From: Octopus bimaculoides
Lineage: Eukaryota
DNA length: 33,723 nt
NCBI RefSeq assembly: GCF_001194135.2
Contig: NC_068990.1
Coordinates: 42,711,647 to 42,745,369 of the forward strand
Direction of reading: 5' to 3'
Positions 10,860-20,924 of this stretch are shown here, in pieces. A program made the translations under genes and the position numbers. Position 1 is the first letter of the stretch. Every line of letters begins with the position of its first letter. Below the pieces are notes generated by a model. It saw only the letters and a list, made by a program, of their open reading frames with translations, had not been told where the DNA came from and did no database searches.

Positions 10860-11077
10860 TTACAAACGTACACACAAGTAATCACAAGTCTAAAATGGTA
10901 TATAGTAGAGATATGTATGTATGTACGTACATATGCATGTAGATATGTGTGTGTGTGTGTGTGTGTCTGTGTGCAAATGTTTCCTTGCGATGGAAAACAG
11001 AAAAACCACCTTAAAGCTATCTATTCTTCACACCTACCTTTTTCCCTTTCCTGGGCATTTTAAAAGTTACTTATGTG

Positions 11078-11134
<57 letters not shown>

Positions 11135-11190
11135 ATGTGTATGCATGTATATATGTATTTATGAAAGAATGTATGCACCTTTGCAATGTT

Positions 11191-11659
11191 NNNNNNNNNN
11201 NNNNNNNNNNNNNNNNNNNNNNNNNNNNNNNNNNNNNNNNNNNNNNNNNNNNNNNNNNNNNNNNNNNNNNNNNNNNNNNNNNNNNNNNNNNNNNNNNNNN
11301 NNNNNNNNNNNNNNNNNNNNNNNNNNNNNNNNNNNNNNNNNNNNNNNNNNNNNNNNNNNNNNNNNNNNNNNNNNNNNNNNNNNNNNNNNNNNNNNNNNNN
11401 NNNNNNNNNNNNNNNNNNNNNNNNNNNNNNNNNNNNNNNNNNNNNNNNNNNNNNNNNNNNNNNNNNNNNNNNNNNNNNNNNNNNNNNNNNNNNNNNNNNN
11501 NNNNNNNNNNNNNNNNNNNNNNNNNNNNNNNNNNNNNNNNNNNNNNNNNNNNNNNNNNNNNNNNNNNNNNNNNNNNNNNNNNNNNNNNNNNNNNNNNNNN
11601 NNNNNNNNNNNNNNNNNNNNNNNNNNNNNNNNNNNNNNNNNNNNNNNNNNNNNNNNNNN
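11191..11659. other. Assembly gap flanked by (TG)n
   Basis: N bases. Confidence 1.
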
Positions 11660-11714
<55 letters not shown>

Positions 11715-12221
11715 TGTGTGTTTGTGTGTCTGTATATCTGTGTGTGTTTGTGTCTGTGTCTCCTTGTTTTGACATCACATAAATTACTGTAAACAAACAT
11801 CACCATCATTTAAAGTTATGGTTTAACCAAGCTGTTGTTTTATTTACAGTTAGTAAACACAGACAAAACAAAGAGAAAATAAAAATCACTCACATAAAAC
11901 ACACAGATATACATATACAAGCATATTACAGGTCTCTTCAGTTTCTATCTACCACTTAGAAGTAATAGGAACGTATGTTGGCTATTTTGTGGTCGCAGTA
12001 TCTTGTCCTTCAGATCTGGCTGTAAATCCCATCTGATATTAATCACATTCATATTACATTGTGGCCTTCATCATTTGATTTTTTTAGTGAGTTTGTTTAC
12101 ATTTTTGCAGATTAAATAGGTATAAATTGATCGGTGAGGTGATGATTAAGTTTAAAATTGAGCTTCATCATTTAAATAGCATTAACATTATTACTTCACC
12201 CCTACCTCTTTCTCTTTTTCT

Positions 12222-12268
<47 letters not shown>

Positions 12269-12955
12269 CCTCTGTTTCAGTCTGAAGTCATCAGCCTCTC
12301 GCCTCACTTCTCTCTCTATCTTATTGAAATTATCATTTTCCAAATTCACCTCTTACTAAAGTCATCATATCACCTCGCTTTTCACTTTATATACTCATCA
12401 TCCTGTCACTTCACCTCTCTCCTCCCTCCATTCTTCCCCTCTCTAATATCATCAGTCATAATAACTTCAATATATTTGCCTCCACTTGGCTATTGCATAC
12501 TTCTGAGATCAATGCCTCTGGCAAAGAATCCCAATAATTTACCATTCTGAAATGTCTGCATAAGTTAATATCATCACCTACTCATAATCCTTAGGAACAC
12601 ATCAATTCTATAATTATTTTTAATCTCTTTCTTGGCTTCAAACTCATCCCTCAGCTCCATTTTCACAGTCTCTACAAACATTAGATAGCGTGACTAGTTC
12701 TTAATCAAGACAATCCCTCTCACATATTCCTACTGCACCACACACCCCACACCTGAACCTTCTGCTGCTTCAAACCAGTTAACAGATTGGAACTCCACCA
12801 GATTTATATCAGTTATTCCTGAAGAGCAAAGGTGTTTCATTCCCATCCCACTGGGGACAGCTTATCAAGGGACAGAACCCAACCTTTTATGTATGCCCCT
12901 TCACATCCCTCACAGCTAAATCCCATAACTCCCAAATGCTTCACTCACAGCTGTG

Positions 12956-13050
12956 CCATAGAAATGGTATATACAAAGAACAGGGCTTGCAATATGCAGA
13001 ACAGAACTTACATGAGGAAGTCTTGTTCTTTGCAGGTATCATTTCTATGG
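12956..13050. repeat. Inverted repeat, 33-bp arms, 29-nt spacer
   Basis: CCATAGAAATGGTATATACAAAGAACAGGGCTT versus AAGTCTTGTTCTTTGCAGGTATCATTTCTATGG; 27/33 complementary. Confidence 0.85.
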
Positions 13051-13519
13051 AAGAGGTCACAAGTAATCACCAACTAAGAAACATTGAAGCACCATAGCAA
13101 CATTGGCAAGACACTAATTAGGAAAGTAAAGAATGTCTTTGGCCACATGTATAATCTTTAGACTTTCCTGTCTCACAAAAACTCTTCTCTTGGTCAAATG
13201 TTTACCGCTATGGGGGCCTTACATATATATATATATATATATACACACACTAGCAATGCATCCCAGCATTGTCTGAGTGTTGTGACCTACAGCCACATTG
13301 TATTATTTGTTCCTTTCTTATGGGCAGAATCAACACAGCTGATATATAGTGAACTGGATTACTGGTGTAATGGAAATTATTGTTTCTTTAAAAGTGAAGA
13401 TGGTGGGGTACAATTTGCATGAGTTTGCATGAAAGTGCTGTCTGTTCTTAAGAAAGATTATAAACTATGTATAGTTTCATCGTATAAAAGGAGGTTAATA
13501 CAATTTTGCTCAGAAATCA

Positions 13520-14777
13520 CATTTTCAAAATTTTACTTTCCCCCTGTCCCCACCGCAATCTCTTAATTTGTACCTCATTTTGAACTTTTTTTTTTATCCA
13601 CATAGATAAATACAGAGATTACGAACCTGGGAAATATACATCTTTTTTTAAAGTTTAATTTTTCTAAAAGAAATACTCAATACCCCTTCCCCCATCTCAC
13701 CCACCCATCACCTACTCACTTTCAAAAAGCTAAAATCTCCTAATATTTCACTTATGTCTGATGTTTCACATATGCATAGAATTGAACTGAAATAGCAGAT
13801 GTAAAAAATACCAGAGCACCGCCAGAAAACCCGACATGCTAGAAACAACAGGTAAACGACATTATTTCTGAAGAAACTTCCCATCTTTCTAAAAAGCTAA
13901 AAGTGAAATATTGTAAGTCTGTAGCTTTCTGAAAGTGGTGAGGTGATAGGTGGCTGTTTGGGAAGGAGATTTTAGTGTTTCTTTAAGAAAAAAAAAGGAA
14001 GAAGAAAATTCTTAAAGATTCATATTCTCTATTTTTTTTCTGTGGATCACCAAGTAAAAATTTGAAAAAAAGTTTAAAAAATGAAGAAATTAAGGTGGGG
14101 AGGGAGAAAATGAAAATATTGACATGTTTTTTGGGTGANNNNNNNNNNNNNNNNNNNNNNNNNNNNNNNNNNNNNNNNNNNNNNNNNNNNNNNNNNNNNN
14201 NNNNNNNNNNNNNNNNNNNNNNNNNNNNNNNNNNNNNNNNNNNNNNNNNNNNNNNNNNNNNNNNNNNNNNNNNNNNNNNNNNNNNNNNNNNNNNNNNNNN
14301 NNNNNNNNNNNNNNNNNNNNNNNNNNNNNNNNNNNNNNNNNNNNNNNNNNNNNNNNNNNNNNNNNNNNNNNNNNNNNNNNNNNNNNNNNNNNNNNNNNNN
14401 NNNNNNNNNNNNNNNNNNNNNNNNNNNNNNNNNNNNNNNNNNNNNNNNNNNNNNNNNNNNNNNNNNNNNNNNNNNNNNNNNNNNNNNNNNNNNNNNNNNN
14501 NNNNTGTGTGTGTGTGTGTGTGTGTGCCAAAGGAAGTTATTTTATGGCATTCTTTCATTTGAAGCAGCACAGTTGTCAACTTGATTATATGGTTGATCAT
14601 ATGGGATCATATGGTTGTTCATTGATTTCTGTAAAAATGTTTTATTTCTTTATGCTTTGAAGAGAGTAGAAATTAAAAGAGGGGAGAAAGAGAAAAGGCA
14701 AAATTTGCTTAGAGGTGAGAGCAGAAAGTGAAAGAGAAGAGAAAGTGAAAGGCATATGTATGTGTATATGAAATGGA
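13520..14777. mobile_element. Non-autonomous fold-back DNA element, copy 1 (internal gap plus (TG)n)
   Basis: Colinear with 24302-25312. Internal inverted arms, e.g. 13702-13731 versus 13923-13952 and TATCCACA (13595) versus TGTGGAT (14041). Confidence 0.75.
14139..14504. other. Assembly gap inside fold-back element copy 1
   Basis: N bases. Confidence 1.
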
Positions 14778-14789
14778 TGTTCAAACGGA

Positions 14790-15494
14790 ACAAATGCAGA
14801 TTTGTTGTTAGCAACAGCATCAAAGCTAAGCAAACAGAGAGAAGAGAGCTTCATTTGATCCAATGTGCTCAACAAGGACAGATGACAGAATGGGAAGAAC
14901 ACATTGTTGAGAGAAAAATAAGTTGGAATGAGATATGGAGGTGGACTACATCATGTCTAAGTTTTCTGATTCATTCATCCTACAGTGTTTTAACATTGCC
15001 TACAAATCTAGTGAGATAGAATGATATAAGCAGATGTGGAAAAGTCAGAATACTGAAACATATTCTTTCCAATTGTTCACTGGCATTGAATAGGTATGCA
15101 TAGAGGCACAATTTGGTTCCTAAGGTTATCTTCAATGCTATAAAAAACCAAATTGATCTCATTAACAGTGGCAAAAAAACCATTGAAAGAACTAACCAGA
15201 GATTTCATTATCTTCGTGCACTCAGGACAGCAGATCTGTTTGAAGAAGAAACTTCCTGTGAGTGATGAAAAGTGGAATGGCTATTGGGAGGTGGCTGCAG
15301 ATTTACCTGGCTGCCAAGAATTCTTTCCCATCCCAGTTTCAAAGAAACCGGATATCATAATATGATGTGAAAGAAATAAAGTGGTAAATCTAGTCAAGTT
15401 AACAATTCCATATGAAGATAACATGGATGCTGCTCAGGCTCAAAAGATTGACTGTTATGTAAACCTCCTCAAGGAATGTGAAGAGGCAGGTTGA
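14790..15494 (+). mobile_element. RLE-encoding non-LTR retrotransposon C-terminal fragment, HERO-like (pseudogenised)
   Basis: QGQMTEWE..VERKISWNEIW...LSFLIHSSYSVLTLPTNLVR, CGK...HILSNC (CCHC knuckle remnant), RYA*RHNLV, KPDIII, KLTIPYEDNMDAAQAQK..CY..LLKECEEAG. These match the QG.W..W...RK.SW, RY.WRH and RPD..ELT.P.E motifs. Clade assignment is from recall. Confidence 0.82.
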
Positions 15495-15550
15495 ACCCGG
15501 AACCATATGGCTGGAAAGCGAGCTACTTACCACACAGCCACTCCTGCACT
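15493..15550 (-). mobile_element. SINE family A 5' head fragment
   Basis: GAACCCGGAACCATATGGCTGGAAAGCGAGCTACTTACCACACAGCCACTCCTGCAC matches heads at 30085-30132 and 30771-30822. Confidence 0.8.
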
Positions 15551-15623
15551 TAATGTTTTGTTAAAATTGCTGTTTTTTTTTTTTTCAGATATCATCAGAA
15601 AAAGGTAATTAACATTCATTAAA

Positions 15624-15935
15624 ATGACAGATCTATCAAACTCTCAAAGAGGTCGAATTGTTGGTTCTCATATGGTAGGCACTAGCATAATGAAAGCAGC
15701 TGAAATGTTTGCTGTATCAAGAAGTACTGTCTCGAAAGTAATGACAGTCTTTGAGAAAGAGGGAAAAACCTCATTGAAACAAAACTCCAGAAGAAAACCA
15801 AAACTTTCAGATAGGGACCATCAGACTCTTATGCAAATTGTTAGAAAGGATCACAAAAGTACAGCTCCCAAAATGACTGCAGAATTTAATGACCACCTCG
15901 AGAACCCAGTTTCCACAAAAAGTGTTCGCCAAGGG
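15624..15935 (+). mobile_element. Tc1-family transposase N-terminal (paired-like HTH) fragment, truncated
   Basis: MTDLSNSQRGRIVG...VSRSTVSKVM...GKT...NSRRKPKLSDRD..TL..IV.K.H..TA.K.TAE.N.HLENPVSTK is a typical Tc1 DNA-binding region. The catalytic DDE domain is absent. Confidence 0.85.
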
Positions 15936-16455
15936 GAAGGTGCATCTTTGTATGAAAAATGTTTTGAAAACTCCTTTTCTTTACACCCCCTCCCTCATCC
16001 CCAGACCTATTTTGGTCAATTATTTTTAGCATTTCAAAACCATGGAAAGAGCATTTTTGGTAGAAAATAAAAAATATCGATAATATTTTCAGAGGAAAAA
16101 GTGAGTGATTTTAGGGTGATTTGGCTGTTGTTTCTAGCACATCCAAAGACAACCCTCCTCATTTCTTTATCACTCTTGCATGTATATATGCTATAAAGAA
16201 AAAAATTTGAGAAATTATGAATTTTTAGCAACCTCACTCCTTGCCCCCGAATGTTTCTGTTTAGAAATTAAAATACTGGAGCGCCTGAGAAGGTCATTGC
16301 TGGCATTTATCCACAGTGATTTTAAAAAATTATGGAGATGTACTTGCATAACAAGTGACTTGATCTGAAATCGTGTGCTGAAACAAAAAACAATTGCAGC
16401 ATAGAAGATGCTTGTAAGCCATTCAAGAACACACAAAATCCATTAGTTTCACAGC

Positions 16456-16657
16456 ACTACTTAAATACAGAGGTCCAGATCATCTACGTAACAATATGAA
16501 GGGGAGCGTTAGTTTTAGAGTTAGTCTTTAGGATTACGGTATCATTACATGTCCACACAGTGTGCATTTAGAATGTTTTGTACGTAACACCTGTATTTAA
16601 GTAGTACCTCTGTATGTAAGTAGTACCGTTAAAGGACCTCTGTATTTAAGTAGTACC
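16456..16657. mobile_element. Small element with 21-bp perfect inverted repeat and 3 tandem subterminal repeats
   Basis: ACTACTTAAATACAGAGGTCC (16456-16476) versus GGACCTCTGTATTTAAGTAGT (16634-16654); CTGTATTTAAGTAGTACC-like units at 16591, 16609 and 16639. Confidence 0.6.
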
Positions 16658-18099
16658 AGTTTAATTTCAACTTTAAAATTTCATTTGTATCAAAATATTT
16701 TTGTCGCTTTGAAACTGTGACCTGTTCACTGATAGAACTTCACAAAAGTGATGCAGCACTAAGTTTTGTCAGTGAACAGCACACATACACATACACACAC
16801 ACACCTATACACACACACATATATACACACATGCACACACATTCATTGCGTTTCATTTGTGTGTGTGTGTGTGTGTGTGTGTGTATCCATGTGTGTGCAT
16901 GAGTGTGTATTGGTGTGTATGTGTGTGTCACTGTTGAAATTGCTCATGCAACTTGTTTGCGTATATATTGGCTTAGTGGTACAGAGTGTTTGGAAATTGT
17001 GAATAAGATGCCATTTTTGAGTACTTGTCAGTAACTTTTTCTCCTCATCTTCTAATAGTAATTATCCAACTTTCTAGGCTCTTCTCACAGCTATCTCACG
17101 TTTAAAAATTATACGGGTATTTAAAAAAAATTTTCATTCAATAAATAATGTTTTTACATTACATATACATTAATAGAATAAACTGTCAGTTTTCCAAAAT
17201 AGTGTATGAAAACTTAAATGAAAAAGTGAGAGACTTTGCAAATGAAAATGGTATACTCAGCAGTGAATGCAATGAATATTTAAATTTGTGAAGAAATGGA
17301 TGCAGTGAATGCAATGAATATTTAGATTTGCGAGAAATTGGAGTTTAAAAAATTCAATAAACTTGAGAAATCGAAATTATAGAAAATTACTTAGAACATG
17401 AATTTATATATAAAAATATTTTCAGATGGTCAACCCTTTAATAATTGCTTTCTTTTAGTACTTTTAGTAATTGTTACATACCTAATTAATAAGCAGCTTT
17501 CTCCATTATAGTATAGATATTTTCTATATAAACCACAAGAGAACAGAAAAACAATATTTCTTGTATGTTTTTTTTTTTTGTGCTGGACATAAAAATATCT
17601 CTAAAATGTTGAATTTACACAACAGTCTGTTGATAACAGTTTGTAAGGTTTTCTATTACAGTAACCAGTAAGAGATGAACAAAAATAACCTTGATCTAAA
17701 GATTTGAATGCAAAAACGGAAACTAGATCCAGGTCCCAATAGACTTTAGCAAGTTACCACCATAAAAATAAATGTCTGACTGAACTTAGCATAGCTGACT
17801 ATTGTATGAATACTTACACCTATAACTGGTTAACCTATTGACAGAGCTTTATTCCCATAAGATTCTGGGATATCACTTCTATCCAAATTCATGTGAAATA
17901 TCTTCATAGTTGATGATGCCTTGCCAAATCAGATGTGAAAATTTCACTTGATACAGAAGGTCAAATTCGTCTTTGAGAAAAACAATAAAAATAGTCTCAA
18001 CTATTAGTTATGATTAGTTTTACTTTCATAATAGATATTTATCGAAATGAGTACATTCAGAAATTAATTTATTTTGGTTTTGTTGATGTTGTTGTTATT

Positions 18100-18143
<44 letters not shown>
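18100..18143. repeat. (CAT)n microsatellite
   Basis: Seen directly. Confidence 0.95.
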
Positions 18144-18736
18144 TCTGTTTTTGTTATTTATCTCTGTTTACAGGAACAATGGTGGTTGTTCTGACTTTTA
18201 TAAAATTTGAAAGATATCCATGATGCATTAATCAATAGATATATTCAGACACTGACTCAGCAATGTCTTGATAGTGTATGTGTGTGTCTAAGCCTCTGTA
18301 TTAGTGTGTTAGTGTGTGTGTGCGTGTGTGTGTGTGTATGTGTGTTTGTGTGTGTGTGTTAAGGAGAAGTTTGAATGGAGAGAGAGGAAGAGAGACAGAA
18401 AGAGTGAAAGAAAGTCAGAAGGAAAGAAAAAAGTGGACTATAGACAGTGAATGAAACACAAAAGTTGGATAAGCTATAAGTGATATCGGTTGTTGTATAT
18501 AATTCTGAGCAATCACATCGTTTACTCAGAGACTTATGGATACCATTTTAGACAACCTGCCATATCTTTTCATATCAGATACCTTAAAGTACAGTTGACT
18601 TGCAATAATAAACAGTGAAGCTATCTATTAATGTCTGTCGAAAAAGATTGAGAAGGATTTTGTTTATAATTAAGCACCAAATTCCGCTTTTGTTCAACAC
18701 ATAGAGTACAGTCAAACAAAGCAAGCATTCTAATGT

Positions 18737-18924
18737 TTTATCTTTTATCTTTGACTTTCAGTCATTGGACTGTCGCCAAGCTGTGGCACCACCTTGTAGA
18801 GTTTAGTCAAATAAATCAATCCCAATACTTTTTTAAAGTCTGGTACTTATATAGTAAGCCTCTTTTGCCAAGCTACTAAGTTATGGGAGCATAAACAAAC
18901 CAACACCAGTTGTCATGCAATGGT

Positions 18925-18925
<1 letters not shown>
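18737..18925 (-). mobile_element. SINE family A 3' half, degenerate
   Basis: Colinear with the reverse complement of 40-237. Confidence 0.75.
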
Positions 18926-18956
<31 letters not shown>

Positions 18957-18966
18957 GTGTGTACAT

Positions 18967-19110
18967 ATTTATCTTTCTTAGACAAGAATGTTGTTGACAG
19001 TGACTTCAAAGTTCCAGCCAGCTAAGCCATTGTCAGACTGCCTGACAATGGCTTAGCTGGCCGAAACTTCAATGTCACTGTCAGCAATATCTTGTCTAAG
19101 AATAATAAAT
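18967..19110. repeat. Near-perfect 144-bp palindrome (probable MITE)
   Basis: About 70-bp arms, 5-nt loop (19037-19041); inner 20 bp perfect (GCCAGCTAAGCCATTGTCAG / CTGACAATGGCTTAGCTGGC). Confidence 0.9.
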
Positions 19111-19220
19111 CTATACTCTACAAAAGTATAGAGTAATCGATCAGATTAATGTAATACTGTTTTTATTATAACTGAATATAAAAACAAACATTAATGTATA
19201 ATTACACACCCAGTTTCCTT

Positions 19221-19457
19221 TTTATTTCTTTACTGCCCACAAGGGGCTACACACAGAGGGGACAAAGAAGGACAGACAAACTGATTAAGTCGATTATATC
19301 AACCCCAGTGCATAACTGGTACTTTATTTAATCGACCCCCAAAAGGATGAAAGGCAAAGTCAACTTTGGCGGAATTTGAACTCAGAACGTAACGGCAGAC
19401 GAAATACAGCTAAGCATTTCGCCCGATGGGCTAACGTTTCTGCCAGCTCGCCGCCTT
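19221..19457 (-). mobile_element. tRNA-derived SINE, family D, with TSD
   Basis: Minus strand GGCGGCGAGCTGGCAGAAACGTTAG...GAGTTCAAATTCCGCC...GCCTTTCATCCTTTTGGGGGTCGAT; flanked by CAC[C/A]CAGTTTCCTT (19207-19220, 19458-19471). Homologous to 30958-31175. Confidence 0.85.
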
Positions 19458-19728
19458 CACACAGTTTCCTTCTACCAAACTCACCCACAAAGCTAGCAGC
19501 TTAACTACACAGCAATGCCTTCTGGAATATTTCTATTAGCTATAGTTTTGGACAACTCTATTTGAAAACACAATGTAAAGATGAAGCATAGATGTGATCT
19601 TGGCCAGATTTTTAATCAAAACCAATATGATATTTATTTACACTTTCACTGTTTTGCAGAATTATTGGTTTCAGTTATAAGACTGTCAAAAAATATTGTC
19701 CCTATTTCTCAAAAGACTCACAACTACA

Positions 19729-20072
19729 TTTAAAGGAGGACCCCCTTTGGTCATGAATGACCATGGGATTGCATCTAGAAAGTTCCCCTTCGAGGCACAA
19801 GTCCAGGCAAGATTGTTTATGGAAGACCAGCAGTTGCCCTTGCATACCAATCTCCCTTCTCCATGCCACTGATGTTATCCAAGGGAAAGGCAAAGACCAA
19901 TACAGCTTGGCACCAGTGACATTGAAACTCATTTCTACGGCTGAGTGAACTGGAGTAACGTGATATAAAGTGTCTTGATCAAGAGCACTATGCACAAACC
20001 AGTCCAGGAATCGAATTCACTACCTCATGATTGTGAGCCCGATGCTCTAACCACTGAGCCATGTGCGTTCAC
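19729..20072 (-). mobile_element. tRNA-derived SINE (family C-type head, distinct tail)
   Basis: A box TGGCTCAGTGG and B box AATTCGATTCC on the minus strand; central CTTGATCAAGACACTTTAT...CTCCAGTTCACTCAGC shared with 20943-21165. Confidence 0.85.
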
Positions 20073-20345
20073 AAAATTACAATCACATTAGCCAATGAAT
20101 AATATTGCTTTTCATCAACAACTACTTTTTCTTCTAATTAATCTTTTTGTTCTGTTTGCATTAATTACAAAATACATATTTTCAACATGTTCATAAATAA
20201 CAAACTGTCTAACTGTCTAATTATATGCCCATGGCCTATGAAACTCACCATTACTACTATTGACTATTAGTAAGAAGGTGAGCAAAGTGGAGCCAATGTT
20301 GACGCTCTTTGCTAGTATTACGACCATTCACTCTGCACTTTTATT

Positions 20346-20516
20346 TACACTGGCCATATCAGGCCCAGATATTCCACCTGTTTTATGTTTAAACCAGCCA
20401 GATCTGGTGTCTCACACCTATCCTGCAATGTCATTCTAAAAATAAACAAATAAATCATCAAGATCTCAAATTCTACAAGATAATTTAAGATTGATTCAAA
20501 TATGCATGAATGCTTA
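20346..20516 (-). mobile_element. TTAA-type (piggyBac-like) MITE, partial inverted copy
   Basis: Reverse complement matches 20701-20920 and 21166-21357. Confidence 0.7.
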
Positions 20517-20698
20517 TAGTCAATGCTGTCATTGCTTTAAGTCAAAAATGGTAACACTGTTGACATTCTTTGTTGACATTATCATTAATCACTCTGGAAA
20601 AACATAAAAAGACTGGCAACAGAAAGAGCATTTGTCCATAGAATCTTACCTCAAATATCTGTTTCTGAAGCCATCCTAGCATGGGAAATCAGATTTAA

Positions 20699-20920
20699 GC
20701 CCCCTTTAGCATTGAGATTAGTCTGTCAAATAAAATGTTTATTTATTCACATCGTTTTGAATTAATCAGACATCACCTCATAACTTCAAGATTTCAATGA
20801 TGCGATTGTTTATTCTGAGGTTGACATTATAGTGTAGGTATGAGAGGCCTGATGAGGTTGCTTTGAGCATAAATAGGTAGATTACTTGGGTCATATATGG
20901 CCAGTTCAAATTTTAAGGGG
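20699..20920 (+). mobile_element. TTAA-type (piggyBac-like) MITE
   Basis: TTAA (20695) ...CCCTTTAGCATT...TTTTAAGGGG|TTAA (20921-20924). Strand is arbitrary. Confidence 0.72.
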
Positions 20921-20924
20921 TTAA

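Noticed and set aside
12280-12800. Possible minus-strand decayed RTE RT (WFEAAEG..GCVV resembling WF.V..GVRQGCV)
   Set aside because: Only one loose motif; too degraded to support.
18572-18623. Minus-strand segment with good acceptor (ctttttcgacag) and donor (AAG|gtatct)
   Set aside because: Stops in all three frames; indistinguishable from chance.
20249-20263. 15-nt minus-strand microexon-like site (donor gtgagt)
   Set aside because: Too short to evaluate; an opposite-strand donor lies adjacent, suggesting chance.
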